Positions 1 through 10,384 of a DNA stretch of 64,000 nucleotides are shown piece after piece (position 1 is the stretch's first letter; the number at the start of each line of letters is the position of its first letter). Position numbers and translations under genes: made by a program. The notes under the pieces were generated by a model. It was not told the DNA's origin, did not search any database, and worked only from the letters and a program-made list of their open reading frames with translations. This DNA is from Polyangiaceae bacterium (GTDB lineage: Bacteria; Myxococcota_A; Polyangia; Polyangiales; Polyangiaceae): assembly GCA_033763455.1 (NCBI GenBank), contig JANRKO010000039.1, positions 128,001-192,000 on the forward strand. The letters run 5' to 3'.

Positions 1-207
1 GCCTGGTCCGGCTCCCGTGGCGGCACTGCTCCCGCCCGCACCTGGCGTTCCCATCCCGGCGCCGCCGGTGGCTCCCGCCATGGGATTATTAGGCGTCTGG
101 CTATTCGGCCTGCCGCGCTCCGCACCACCCTCAGCGCACCCGACTACGAAGGCTATTGTCGCGATGGCCGTGACCGGCAGCATTCCCCGTGGGTTCTTCC
201 TTTTCAT
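1..207 (-). CDS. Lipoprotein, 5' part only (runs off the window edge), with Gly-rich linker
   Basis: ATG at 207 preceded by AAGGAG; reads MKRKNPRGMLPVTAIATIAFVVGC (lipobox) then a G/A/T-rich linker; not in the ORF track because it is truncated. Confidence 0.7.
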   Translation of the reverse strand, partial: MKRKNPRGMLPVTAIATIAFVVGCAEGGAERGRPNSQTPNNPMAGATGGAGMGTPGAGGSSAATGAGPG

Positions 208-673
208 AGCTCTCCTTCGCTCACAGCTCATTACGGAGCTCAGTCTGATCAACGGCACGCGCAGGCTCCTAGTGGCAATGGTCGTCGGCACGCCGACAAC
301 TCATCTAGGTAAACGAATTGTTCGCGATCAGACTCAAATACACCAGGAGAATTTCCACTAATTTCAAGCAGCTTTGCGCCAACGGTATCAAGCAGTGACC
401 CGCACATATCCGACATCGTCGACGCGTTCGCGCTCCACCCGGGATTGATAATTACAAGCGGCACTTTCGAGAGCGGTACATATTGCCCACATCGCTCTGG
501 TGTCTAAGAGCTTTACGGTCCAATCCCGCTATTAATTGTCCAGCCACACGATGCGTGTCCGGACATATTTGCGTCAGATCAGGCCAACACGGTAAGGTAT
601 CGGCAGAGCCGTTCCGGGTGGTCGCGACGCTCGGGCCGCGGGTGGTGCTGGCTACGTGCCACTCGCCCTGCCC

Positions 674-1906
674 CTACGCCGAAAGCCGAGGCAGCCGATG
701 CGCCGAACCCCAGCGCCTAACAAAGAGCGCCAGGCAACACACAACACCCGCCACCACACTCCATAAATCCATATGGTCGTGCTCAATCAACCACCCCGAA
801 AGCGGAGCTGCCGTAATGCTCGCCACCGACGCCAAACTTTGGCTGAGCCCAAGCACAACGCCTTGCTCGTGTTTTTCCGCGGCACGCGATAACAGGCTCG
901 TGAGATTCGGCCGCAACATGGCATTGCCAGCCGCGATGAGCGCAGTGGCAACCACAAGATAAAATACGGGCTCGATCCGCGGCAGCATTAGAAAGCCGCC
1001 GCCTAGAAGCACCAGGCCTACGGCGACTAACGGCGCCTCCCCAAAACGACGCACCAACCTGCCTAAGAGCCCCCCCTGAATGACAATACCAACGGCACCC
1101 GCTAAGCCATACAACCACCCGATTTGTTCGGCGCCAAAGGCATGCCCCTGCCACGTGTAGCGCCGCTCGGCAAAGAGAGCGAATCCGCTCATGAACATCG
1201 AAAACACGAACAAATAGAGAAAGAACTCCAGGAGAATTCCGCCGATAACCGGGCGCGCAAAGTAGCGACACCAAAGCGCCCAATCGAACGCAGAAGCACG
1301 CCTCCCGGTGGGCAATCCGCTTGGATCCAGCGTGTGCGCGGGAACGCCCTTGGGCAAGATCGTTGCCGTACAGAGAATGCTCGTGGCCGAAAGCGACGCC
1401 GCCGCCAAAAATGGAGCCGCGTAGCTAATGTGGGAAAGCGACGCGGCGATGGTGGGGCCCAACATGAACCCAACACCAAATGCAATACCAATAATAGCGA
1501 ACGATTTGGCGCGGTTCTCCGGCGCTGTATTATCGGCAATATAGGCTTGAGCGACACTCAGATTGCCGGCGGTGAACCCGTCGATGAGCCTGCCCAAAAA
1601 CACCCACCAGAGCGAATTGGCTCCGGCGATGATCAGAAAGCCCATCAACGTGCCGCACTGGCTGAGAAGTAGCACCGGGCGCCGCCCCCACTTATCCGAC
1701 AAGCCACCCAAGATGGGTCCAGCAATCAGCTGACAGAACGCATACGTCGGCACCAAGAGCGACGCCACGAACGCAGAGGCTCCGAACTTTTCTGCGTAGA
1801 GGGGCAGCAAGGGCAACACGATCGTGAGCCCAAGCACATCCACCAACACGATCAGAAAGATCGGATAGAGCGGCTTGGAACTAGCGGGGGATGTGGATTC
1901 CGCCAT
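674..1906 (-). CDS. MFS drug:H+ antiporter, TetA/DHA1-like
   Basis: 410 aa, about 12 hydrophobic segments, MFS motif A GGLSDKWGRRP, GRLIDG, AYIAD. Confidence 0.9.
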   Translation of the reverse strand: MAESTSPASSKPLYPIFLIVLVDVLGLTIVLPLLPLYAEKFGASAFVASLLVPTYAFCQLIAGPILGGLSDKWGRRPVLLLSQCGTLMGFLIIAGANSLWWVFLGRLIDGFTAGNLSVAQAYIADNTAPENRAKSFAIIGIAFGVGFMLGPTIAASLSHISYAAPFLAAASLSATSILCTATILPKGVPAHTLDPSGLPTGRRASAFDWALWCRYFARPVIGGILLEFFLYLFVFSMFMSGFALFAERRYTWQGHAFGAEQIGWLYGLAGAVGIVIQGGLLGRLVRRFGEAPLVAVGLVLLGGGFLMLPRIEPVFYLVVATALIAAGNAMLRPNLTSLLSRAAEKHEQGVVLGLSQSLASVASITAAPLSGWLIEHDHMDLWSVVAGVVCCLALFVRRWGSAHRLPRLSA

Positions 1907-2119
1907 AGCGGGTTCGTCTCATCCCCCGATGCGGGGCCGTTGGCAACTTGGGGTACGGGAACAGTCGAAAGCTCGGCTCCCTATGATGGCGGGCTCACGC
2001 GCGCTGCACTGCCCTGTCAGGGGTTGCGCTCCCCTCCGGGGAGACGTTTAGAGACTACGGACCAGGATTACCCCGGCTGGCGACTCGACGAGGCGGCACT
2101 TGCCCTTGCAGGGTGTCAC

Positions 2120-2347
2120 GGTGACCAATACGAACAGCTCGACCCTCGCCTGACGCGACAGATTGACAAAGCGCTAGGGCGCATTCAGTCCCAGTCTGAG
2201 ATGGGAAAACCGCTACGGGGCGAACTGCACGGCATCTGGTCAGAACGCGTTTCGTTATTTCGCATTCTTTACAAGATCAATCGCTCCACCATTGAAGTTC
2301 TAATTTTGGTTATCGAACATCGAAAGCTTGTTTACGGAGGGCATTAA
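2120..2347 (+). pseudogene. RelE/ParE-family toxin, N-terminus apparently missing
   Basis: GKPLRGELHGIWSERVSLFRILYKI...VIEHRKLVY is a typical RelE C-terminal half; no convincing start or N-terminal strand upstream; start approximate. Confidence 0.6.
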
Positions 2348-2351
2348 ACCC

Positions 2352-2552
2352 ATGCGACACACTATTCTTTCTATTAGCAAAGCAAAAACGCATCTGCTCG
2401 AGCTCGCTCGCCAAGTGGACGAAGAGGGTCGCGCCTACGTCGTTACCAAAGACGGAGCCCCACTCTGTGCGTTGGTGCCTATGGAGGCCTACGAGGCCAT
2501 GCTTGAGGCGTCCTTAGTCGCACGAGATGGCCGCCCCCTCATTTGTTTGTAG
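2352..2552 (+). CDS. Phd/YefM-family antitoxin (possibly C-terminally altered)
   Basis: LSISKAKTHLLELARQV...YVVTKDGAPLCALVPMEAYEAM is the Phd pattern; lies directly after the RelE-like ORF. Confidence 0.75.
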   Translation: MRHTILSISKAKTHLLELARQVDEEGRAYVVTKDGAPLCALVPMEAYEAMLEASLVARDGRPLICL

Positions 2553-2649
2553 GCCAGTGAAGGGTGTAAATGCGCCAGATAGATTCCCGGTGAAGGCCTG
2601 CTCAATCGAATTTGGCCCTTCTGCACTTGAGCACTGATTCCGACGCACT

Positions 2650-2890
2650 TGAGCGGTAGGTCGTCGACAGCGGAGCCTCGCGATGGGTGCACGCGACATC
2701 CGCCGCACAGCACGCCGTCTCGAGAACGCTAAGCTCGCCATGCGTGCTCCATGGAACATGTGCGTTGTGATCCGCTACGTGGCCTCGAAAAAGGCGTTGT
2801 CCGGCAGTTGGCTTCCTGCCGATGGATCCGTGAAAAACACAACGTCGGTGTCGTCGGCACGACGGGCGTAAGCAAGAGCTACCTTTGGCT
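2650..2890 (+). mobile_element. istB: IS21-family IstB helper ATPase fragment (frameshifted relic)
   Basis: RRTARRLENAKL, then in another frame MEHVRCDPLRGLEKGVVRQLASCRWIREKHNVGVVGTTGVSKSYL (degenerate Walker A); truncated on both sides; boundaries approximate. Confidence 0.75.
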
Positions 2891-3110
2891 GCCCTCACCG
2901 ATTGCGCTTGTCGCGCTGGGAGGAACTCGCCCTAGCACGCATAGCTTGATGCAACCATTCGTAGGCCCTTACCGAGCTGTTACTGCCGGACCAGGGGCCT
3001 ATCACTTGCCAATCTCGCAGGCTGCGCGCAAACGCAACGTTCCACCTTTGGGTTGACCTCACTCCAGGTGCGAAACTGAATTCCGCCCGCCCCCCAAACC
3101 CGGAGGTTCT

Positions 3111-3824
3111 TCATTGAATGGGGCTGAACACGTACCCGAAGTGACAGAACGTGCAGCTGAAGGCTCCGTCTTTAGGAGCTGTCTTGAAGAAGGGTGCCGC
3201 TTCGCTAAACGCGCCGCCCGTTTGGTCATTAAACAGCTTCTTATCGCCAACGCCGTAGTACGCCCACGCCGCCGCGTCACCGTCGACTTTCAAATTGGCA
3301 GCTACTCCAATCATTGCGCCTTGCGCGTCGTACATTTCCTTCACCACCATGCTGCCGGTCGTGTGGGGCTTTTCCACTTTGTTCATCACCAGTGCGCCAT
3401 TTCCGGCCGCAGATGATGCTTGGAGCGTATCATTGAAATACACGCGAACCTTGCCGTGGGGCGACGCGGAGTTAGGCAGTGCATCGCGAGGTGCGGCCCC
3501 CTCGCTCTTCCACGGCGCCGCCTTGTGCGTACCCGCAGCGAGAAACGCCTTGATGGCATCCACGGTTGCTTGCGGCGCCGAGCCCGTCGGGGTGTTGCCG
3601 CCTCCGCCGCTACCAGTACTCGCCCCACCCGTAGCTTTGCTCCCACCGGTGGTGCTGGCAGCCCCGCCCGTAGCCTTGTTGCCACCGACGGCCGTACTCG
3701 AACCGCCTGTACCCGTTTGCGTGCCTCCCCCGCTAACGCTGTCGTCCGATGCGCAGCCGACCGCAAACAAAGAGATAGAAGCACCTAGAAGCAAAGACCA
3801 ACGGAGGTTCAACATGGTGCGCAC
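3111..3824 (-). CDS. Lipoprotein with a C-terminal single-heme domain, cytochrome P460-like
   Basis: Lipobox AVGC, Gly/Thr linker, VRVYFN...GSMVVKEMY...WAYY...CTFCH near the C-terminus. Confidence 0.6.
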   Translation of the reverse strand: MRTMLNLRWSLLLGASISLFAVGCASDDSVSGGGTQTGTGGSSTAVGGNKATGGAASTTGGSKATGGASTGSGGGGNTPTGSAPQATVDAIKAFLAAGTHKAAPWKSEGAAPRDALPNSASPHGKVRVYFNDTLQASSAAGNGALVMNKVEKPHTTGSMVVKEMYDAQGAMIGVAANLKVDGDAAAWAYYGVGDKKLFNDQTGGAFSEAAPFFKTAPKDGAFSCTFCHFGYVFSPIQ

Positions 3825-4022
3825 TTTATGCCCGGAGGCCGGAGCGAGCCAACAAAAACGTATCTTGTGCGTGGGTCCCCCGCTCCCGGCCTCCAGGCCT
3901 GCAAGAGCACTGGCCGCAAACAGCCTCCGTAATCTGGCCGAATCGAACGATGCTGAGCACCCAGGGGCATGCTGCCCGTCAACAACGCACAGACATGCGA
4001 TTCACGTCGAACATCCCCGACC

Positions 4023-4085
4023 GACACCCGTTCCAAACATTCCCGAAACATAAGGGAGGCGAGAGTTCCGACACATTCCCGAAAC
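4023..4085 (+). promoter_or_regulatory. Phased direct-repeat boxes GACAC-N6-CAAAC-N6-GAAAC (4023-4049) and GACAC-N6-GAAAC (4070-4085)
   Basis: 11-bp periodic pentamers just upstream of the guanidine operon; the same box recurs at the other nitrogen loci. Confidence 0.6.
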
Positions 4086-4101
4086 CGGAGGTCTCGTCAT
4101 T

Positions 4102-5190
4102 ATGTTCAGTCGCCGAAGCTGGCTATCCGCCGTATGCGCTCTACCCCTCGCTCTCATTGGCTGCCAGAAGAGTGAAGCACCCGCTCCCCAGGTAACGCCC
4201 GAAGCCGCCAAAGCAGAGGCCGCGGTGAGTCCGGCGAAAGCTGAAGCGAAACCGGAAGCGCCGGCCCCGACGAAGGGCAAGCCGCTCGCTATTGCTTACA
4301 GCGACTGGCCCGGTTGGGTGGCCTGGGAAATTGGGATCCAAAAAGGCTGGTTCAAAGAAGCTGGCGTTGAGGTGGATTTTAAGTGGTTTGAATACGTACC
4401 TTCTATGGAGGCCTTCTCCGCCGGAAAAGTCGATGCCGTGACGATGACTAATGGCGACGCTTTGGTGACAGGTTCAAGCGGTGCGCCAAGTGTTGCGATT
4501 CTGATCAACGATTACAGTAACGGCAACGATATGGTGGTGGCCAAGCCCGGCATCAACAAACCAGCTGATTTGAAGGGAAAAAAGGTTGGCGTTGAAGTCG
4601 GATTTGTAAGCCACCTTTTGCTCCTCAACGCGCTCAAAGCGGGCGGCCTCACCGAAAAGGACATCAAGATCGTCAATGTTCCCACGGATCAAACTCCGCA
4701 AACCCTAAAGTCCGGTTCGGTGGATGCGATCGTTGCGTGGCAGCCGAACAGCGGTGCCGCTCTCAAAGAGGTGCCCTCCGCCAAGGCTGTGTTCACAAGT
4801 GCCAACGTGCCCGGCCTCATTTACGACGTGCTCAGTGTTTCCCCCAAGAGCCTCACCGAACGACGTGAAGATTGGAAGAAGGTGGTCGGGGTATGGATGC
4901 GCATTGCAGATTTCGTGACCGATCCGAAAAATGCCGACGAAGCCGCCAAGATTATGAGCGCTCGGGTGGGCCTCAAGCCTGAAGAATACAAGCCCCTAAT
5001 GAAGGGCACATTCTTCTTGAACCTTGCAGGCAATCAGAAGCACTTCGCCAAAGGCGATACGCTCGAATCCATCTATAATTCCACTGAGGTGGTTAACAAA
5101 TTCCAAGTGGAAAACAAGGTCTACAAGCAAGCCGCTGTGATCGAACCGTACCTCGATCGCTCCCTCGTGGATGAACTCGCAAAGAAGTGA
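4102..5190 (+). CDS. ABC transporter substrate-binding lipoprotein, NitT/TauT family, probably guanidine
   Basis: Lipobox [22 protein letters not shown]; first gene of an operon ending in a guanidine hydrolase. Confidence 0.85.
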   Translation: MFSRRSWLSAVCALPLALIGCQKSEAPAPQVTPEAAKAEAAVSPAKAEAKPEAPAPTKGKPLAIAYSDWPGWVAWEIGIQKGWFKEAGVEVDFKWFEYVPSMEAFSAGKVDAVTMTNGDALVTGSSGAPSVAILINDYSNGNDMVVAKPGINKPADLKGKKVGVEVGFVSHLLLLNALKAGGLTEKDIKIVNVPTDQTPQTLKSGSVDAIVAWQPNSGAALKEVPSAKAVFTSANVPGLIYDVLSVSPKSLTERREDWKKVVGVWMRIADFVTDPKNADEAAKIMSARVGLKPEEYKPLMKGTFFLNLAGNQKHFAKGDTLESIYNSTEVVNKFQVENKVYKQAAVIEPYLDRSLVDELAKK

Positions 5191-5225
5191 ACCAGAGCGC
5201 GCTGAATCCTGAAACCTAAGAGTAG

Positions 5226-6362
5226 ATGAGAGTGGCACGAACCGGGCTGTTTGCCGTCCGCAAGGAACTCCCCACACGGGCGCGTTTGGTCCTGGTAACG
5301 CTCGCGTTCGTGTTGCCGCTCGCCGTATGGAGCTTCGTTAGCTACGTGCCTTGGGTTTGGCACCCGCTGGTGTTGGTAGAGCATGCCGGCGACTCCAAGG
5401 TGGCAGGAACCTATGACTACTTGGAGGCGGGCCAACTCGTCGAAAAAGAGGCGTTCGTCGGCCGCAACCAAGAGCTTGCAAGGGCGGGCAAAAAGCTCGC
5501 ACAGGGCTCGCCGGCAAACCCCATCTACTTGCCCGCCCCGCACGAGGTTGCCCGCGCGTTCTATACCGCCTTCACAACGGAACCCGAGCGTACAGGCGAC
5601 AAGTGGCTCCATGAGAGCCTTTGGCACAGCTGCAAGATCATCTTCGCGGGTTTCTTCTATGCGGCAATCTTGGGCGTTCCTCTCGGCATTCTGTGTGGGA
5701 CCTTTGGCTTTTTCGCCAAGTTATTCGAGCCCTTCGTGGATTTTGTGCGCTACATGCCAGCGCCGGTATTCGGAGCGCTGGCAGTGGCCGTAGTGGGCCT
5801 TGAAGACGAACCCAAGATCGCGATTATCTTCATCGGTACGTTCTTTCAAATGGTGTTGGTGGTTTCAAACACGACGCGCCAGCTGGATATTGCGCTGTTG
5901 GAAGCCGCGCAAACACTGGGCGCCAAAAACCGACAGCTTTTGATGCGGGTGGTGGTGCCGGGGATCTTGCCTCGCCTGTATCAAGATATGCGGATCTTGA
6001 TCGGATGGGCATGGACGTATCTGGTAGTTGCTGAGCTCATTGGTGAAAAATCCGGCATTAGCGCATTCCTTTATCAGCAACAGCGCTACCGCCACTTCGA
6101 CAACGTCTACGCGTCCATCATCATGATTGGCCTTATTGGCCTTCTCACCGATCAGTTGCTCGCCTTTGTCGGCGGGTTCCTCTTTCCCTGGGAAGGAGAA
6201 GGTCAAGGCCTCTCGCGCTGGATCAAGAATCTGCGCGGGCGTCGTGCTGCTCGCGATTTAGCCAGCCCGAGGACCCAGAGCACAAGCGCTAGCCTTGCAA
6301 CAGTTGTCGGCTCCCAAGCTATTTCGCTCACGGGTTCGACGCACACAAAAGAGTCCCCATGA
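5226..6362 (+). CDS. ABC transporter permease (NitT/TauT family)
   Basis: EAAQTLGA loop, WTYLVVAE, multiple TM segments. Confidence 0.9.
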   Translation: MRVARTGLFAVRKELPTRARLVLVTLAFVLPLAVWSFVSYVPWVWHPLVLVEHAGDSKVAGTYDYLEAGQLVEKEAFVGRNQELARAGKKLAQGSPANPIYLPAPHEVARAFYTAFTTEPERTGDKWLHESLWHSCKIIFAGFFYAAILGVPLGILCGTFGFFAKLFEPFVDFVRYMPAPVFGALAVAVVGLEDEPKIAIIFIGTFFQMVLVVSNTTRQLDIALLEAAQTLGAKNRQLLMRVVVPGILPRLYQDMRILIGWAWTYLVVAELIGEKSGISAFLYQQQRYRHFDNVYASIIMIGLIGLLTDQLLAFVGGFLFPWEGEGQGLSRWIKNLRGRRAARDLASPRTQSTSASLATVVGSQAISLTGSTHTKESP

Positions 6363-7264
6363 CCCTCGATGCATCCGCTGCCATGAGCACTGACGATCGC
6401 CTCGCCCTGCCCGATTACAGGGACCAATCCCCTGAAGTTGCCGCCTATTTTCGCGAAATCAGGCAACGCCCAGTGGTCATGAGCGTGGAGCAGCTCTCGC
6501 GCCACTTCGAGAGCAGCCGTGGCACTATCACCGCCCTTTCAGATATCAACTACGACGTCCGCAAACGTGAGTTCATCTCCGTCATTGGGCCCTCGGGCTG
6601 CGGCAAATCCACGCTCATTCGTATCCTTGCGGGGTTGGATTACCCTTCCGAAGGCACCGTGCTTCTGGATGGCAAGCCCGTGCATGCTCCCGGAGCGGAC
6701 CGCGGCATGGTGTTCCAGGGCTACACGCTTTTCCCCTGGCTCACGGTCCGTAAGAACGTGGCCTTTGGTTTGCGCATGAAGGGCATGAAAGGTAGCGAAG
6801 TGGAAAAGCAGGTAGATCACTGGCTAGAGGTGGTTGGCCTCACTCGCTTTGAACGCCATTATCCGCATCAGCTCTCTGGCGGTATGAAGCAACGCGTTGC
6901 CATCGCGCGAGCACTCGCCAATGGGCCCCGCATCTTGCTGATGGATGAACCTTTTGGCGCCCTGGATGCCCAAACCCGCGCCAGCATGCAGGCTCATCTG
7001 CTTCAGATCTGGCAGGACGTTGACGTTACTATCCTGTTCATTACGCACGATTTGGACGAGGCCGTTTACCTCTCCGATCGCATCGTGGTGCTCGGCGCCC
7101 ACCCTGGCCACATCCGCGAGATCATCGAGGTGAATGTGCCGCGGCCGCGCTCGCCATCGCAGTTCCTTACTGGGCATTTCCTCGCCACAAAAAAGCGACT
7201 AGAGGAGCTCATCCACCCCGCCCGCCCTGCCCACGCTCCCAACCACGAAGACCTCGAGAACTGA
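6359..7264 (+). CDS. ABC transporter ATP-binding protein (NitT/TauT family)
   Basis: [32 protein letters not shown] overlap with the permease. Confidence 0.95.
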   Translation: MTLDASAAMSTDDRLALPDYRDQSPEVAAYFREIRQRPVVMSVEQLSRHFESSRGTITALSDINYDVRKREFISVIGPSGCGKSTLIRILAGLDYPSEGTVLLDGKPVHAPGADRGMVFQGYTLFPWLTVRKNVAFGLRMKGMKGSEVEKQVDHWLEVVGLTRFERHYPHQLSGGMKQRVAIARALANGPRILLMDEPFGALDAQTRASMQAHLLQIWQDVDVTILFITHDLDEAVYLSDRIVVLGAHPGHIREIIEVNVPRPRSPSQFLTGHFLATKKRLEELIHPARPAHAPNHEDLEN

Positions 7265-7265
7265 T

Positions 7266-8423
7266 ATGTCTTTCTACCTGCGCCACGCACCGGGCCGAAG
7301 AAACCACAACCGCACGCTACCGGACGTCACCCAGTTCAACGGCTACAAAGCTCAAGATTCGGAAGCTCTCTTACCCACGACGGAGTGGGAGTCCGAGTGC
7401 CGGCGCGGCCAGGAGCTCGGCCTCATGCCAGCCGACTCAATTGAAGACAAGCGCGAGATCAGCTGCTTCCAACGGGGAGAGCTGCCGCACTGGTCGGGCA
7501 TCAATACGTTTCTCAAGGCTCCCTACGTCGAAGATGTGCGCAAGGTCGGCGAGTACGATGTCGCGATTCTTGGGGCGCCTTTTGACGTGGGCACCACCTA
7601 CCGCTCTGGCACCCGCTTTGGACCCCAGGGCATTCGCCGCATCTCTTCCCTTTACACGCCGTACAGCTTTGAGATGGGCATCGACCTCAGGGAAAGCCTC
7701 AAGATCTGCGATTTAGGGGACATCTATTGCCCCGCCAACATCACCAAATCACACGATCAGATCAGCAAAGGTGTGGCCCATGTGCTTTCGCACGGCACGT
7801 TGCCCATCATCTTAGGTGGGGATCACTCCATCGGTTACCCAACGGCCCGCGGCATCGCTCAATGCATCGAAGGCAATGTGGGCATTATTCATCTCGATCG
7901 CCATGTCGATACTCAAGAGAAAGACATGGACGAGATCATGCACACCTGCCCGTGGTTCCACGCCACCAACATTCCCAATTGCCCTCCTCAGAACTTAGTG
8001 CAGCTCGGCATCGGCGGCTGGCAGTGCCCCCGCCCCGGCGTAAAACACGGCCGCTCCATGCGCACCACCATCCTCACGGTGGACGACATCGAAAGCATCG
8101 GCATCGAGAAGACCCTCGAAATCGCGCTAGAAACAGCCTGGAAGGGCGCAAGCGCGGTGTTCCTGTCGCTGGATATCGACTGCGTGGATGCGGGCTTCGT
8201 GCCGGGCACTGGGTGGCCGGAGCCGGGTGGGTTTTTGCCACGCGAGGTTCTCGCTCTTTTGCGGGGCGTTGCCAAAGAAGGCATCGCTGGCATGGAAGTG
8301 GTCGAAGTGGCGCCCCCTTATGACATCTCGGATATCACTTCGCTCTTGGCCGTTCGTGCCATCTGCGATGTGCTCGGAGCCATGGTGCAAAACGATCGCA
8401 TCGGTGGTCGTCTCAAGGCTTGA
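7266..8423 (+). CDS. gdmH: Guanidine hydrolase (arginase/ureohydrolase family)
   Basis: GGDHS, DRHVD, DIDCVD plus RGELPH..GINTFLKAPY, MHTCPWFHATN, GIGGWQ, GTGWPEPGG, closely matching recalled cyanobacterial GdmH (Sll1077). Confidence 0.85.
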   Translation: MSFYLRHAPGRRNHNRTLPDVTQFNGYKAQDSEALLPTTEWESECRRGQELGLMPADSIEDKREISCFQRGELPHWSGINTFLKAPYVEDVRKVGEYDVAILGAPFDVGTTYRSGTRFGPQGIRRISSLYTPYSFEMGIDLRESLKICDLGDIYCPANITKSHDQISKGVAHVLSHGTLPIILGGDHSIGYPTARGIAQCIEGNVGIIHLDRHVDTQEKDMDEIMHTCPWFHATNIPNCPPQNLVQLGIGGWQCPRPGVKHGRSMRTTILTVDDIESIGIEKTLEIALETAWKGASAVFLSLDIDCVDAGFVPGTGWPEPGGFLPREVLALLRGVAKEGIAGMEVVEVAPPYDISDITSLLAVRAICDVLGAMVQNDRIGGRLKA

Positions 8424-10306
8424 GCCACTCAGTCGAAGTGTTCGAGGAACACACGGGAGAGCCAAGTGCCACGGGCCCAGCATTTCTATTGCTGGGCGAC
8501 CTGGGTGCAGCCGCGCCTGAGCTTGAGGTCGTCCGGGAGCGGACGGCCAAAGTGCTTGGCTTTGCCCCCGCGCTCGTGACTGGATATTTGCCGACGCGCT
8601 CCGAGGCACGAGCTGGCTTTGGGGCATGGGAGGCCGATCCACTAAAGAACCCCGTGATTTTAGCGTTGTCGAAGTTGGCAACGGCGGGGCACTCCGAAGT
8701 TTACATTTTGCCGGTGCGCCCGGATCTCGGTATTACCGAAAAACAGATCATCACCGAAGCAGTCCGTGAAACGCAGCGTACGTTTCCGAACGTGCGGGTG
8801 CGTTACGACTCGGTGGAGCCCTGCCACCCGCTCTTGCTTTCGGCCTACTTGGAAAGCGCCGCGCTAGCACTACACCGGCTAACGCCTTCGGGCCCAGGGC
8901 AGCTCGGGGTCCTTTTGGTATCGAGCGGTGAAGACGACGCCGTGCCACGCGCACACGCCTACCAACTCATGCGCCTGCTTTGGGAACAGCTCGGCGTTGC
9001 CAAGGGGGAAGTGGCTTTCCTTCGCCACAACAGAACCCCAGTGCCCGAACAGCTTGATGCCTGTTTGGCAACGGGCCTCTCGTGGGTGGTGGTGCCACAA
9101 TTTCTATTTCCTACCGAGCACTTTGAGTTTCTGCAAACCATCTACACGGATTTCGTTCGCCGTCACGAAATTGAAAACGATTGGGCGCTCTCAGAGCCCA
9201 TCGCACAACACCCGGCGTTCACGGCCTGGCTGGAGCAACGCCTCGTACGGATCTGGCAGGAAAATCGGGACAAGACGGACGCGCGCCAACCCACCGCGAA
9301 ACCTCGCAGCCCGGAGGCAAGCCTCCTACACAGGCCCGATGGAGCGATCGCCATGCGACCCGACACCAAGATGGAGTCCGGTTATCCCGGTGCCTGGCTC
9401 GCTGAGATTCGCGACCCCTCCGCGCTCACCCAGCTGACACGTGGCGCCGGAATCGAAGGAGAACGCATCTTCGTTAAGGTGACCTGGCACGGTTACGCAC
9501 AGGGCACGTACACCGATCCGGTAGCTCTCGAAACCTTACTAAAAGCACTTCCTGGCCGCGCCGTTATTCTGGAGGGACACACCTCCAGTCGCAATCAAGG
9601 TGGCGCCGAATGGGACTGGGAAAACGAAAGCCGCGCCCATCGCGCCTGGATCGTAGAACAAGATCGTGAATACCTTGAACGCACTGGGATCTTAGAAGTC
9701 TTAGAGCGCTACGGTGCCACCTATCTCAACCTCACGGAAACCTGGTGGGATGGTGCGTGCGCACCTGCCGCCGAAGTGCACGCGCTTTTGAAGGCTCAAG
9801 GCGTGGAGCTAAAGTTTTCAGAGCTCGCCGAGTTTGTCCCTCGGGTTTTCCTGGAAAACCGAGGCGCGCCCTTCATTAGCTATGCGCGTTTCAAAGGCCC
9901 CACCCGGCTCTCGCTAGCGAACCTCTTTGGCCTCTTACCGCCGCCGTTACGAACGGCGTGGCACGGCCCTAACATTACCTATTTTGCGCAGGTTTGCTGC
10001 GATCTTGCCAAGCTTTACGGTGCCCTGTTCACTACGTACGGCCTCGTGGAGTCGCTCAACGTCGCTGTGCGTTGGGATAGAAAAGGGCTCTACCGCAGCC
10101 GTTGGGGCAATTACGACCTCGTGCCACGGCCTGGGCTCGTCACTCTAGCCGCAGGTTTTGCGGGCGCCGATGTATTGGGCAGCCGCTTGCAAGGGCAAGA
10201 CGTACGGAAGAGTGCGTTCTTCGACGTCGTGCGCCAAGAGCTTGGCTACAACGCCGACCTTGAAACTCTGCCGGTCAATGCAGATCTGGTGCGTCGATTT
10301 GTATAG
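8420..10306 (+). CDS. Fusion of tandem CbiX-like chelatase-fold domains and a DUF362-like domain
   Basis: RLLWEQLG..EVAFL...VVVPQFLF..EPIAQHP (CbiX-like); IFVKVTW...YTDP..LETLL..VILEG and K..TRLSLANLFGLLP (DUF362-like); TTGA overlap with gdmH. Confidence 0.65.
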   Translation: MSHSVEVFEEHTGEPSATGPAFLLLGDLGAAAPELEVVRERTAKVLGFAPALVTGYLPTRSEARAGFGAWEADPLKNPVILALSKLATAGHSEVYILPVRPDLGITEKQIITEAVRETQRTFPNVRVRYDSVEPCHPLLLSAYLESAALALHRLTPSGPGQLGVLLVSSGEDDAVPRAHAYQLMRLLWEQLGVAKGEVAFLRHNRTPVPEQLDACLATGLSWVVVPQFLFPTEHFEFLQTIYTDFVRRHEIENDWALSEPIAQHPAFTAWLEQRLVRIWQENRDKTDARQPTAKPRSPEASLLHRPDGAIAMRPDTKMESGYPGAWLAEIRDPSALTQLTRGAGIEGERIFVKVTWHGYAQGTYTDPVALETLLKALPGRAVILEGHTSSRNQGGAEWDWENESRAHRAWIVEQDREYLERTGILEVLERYGATYLNLTETWWDGACAPAAEVHALLKAQGVELKFSELAEFVPRVFLENRGAPFISYARFKGPTRLSLANLFGLLPPPLRTAWHGPNITYFAQVCCDLAKLYGALFTTYGLVESLNVAVRWDRKGLYRSRWGNYDLVPRPGLVTLAAGFAGADVLGSRLQGQDVRKSAFFDVVRQELGYNADLETLPVNADLVRRFV

Positions 10307-10384
10307 CGGGATTGTGAAGGCCCACCTGATCCGGTAATGCTTTGCCGTTCAGGCAACAGTTCAACCCCAATAGGAGATGCCCGC

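Noticed and set aside
7266..8423. Ordinary agmatinase (speB)
   Set aside because: The N-terminal extension, GWPEPGG and HTCPW motifs and the transporter context fit the guanidine hydrolase clade better.
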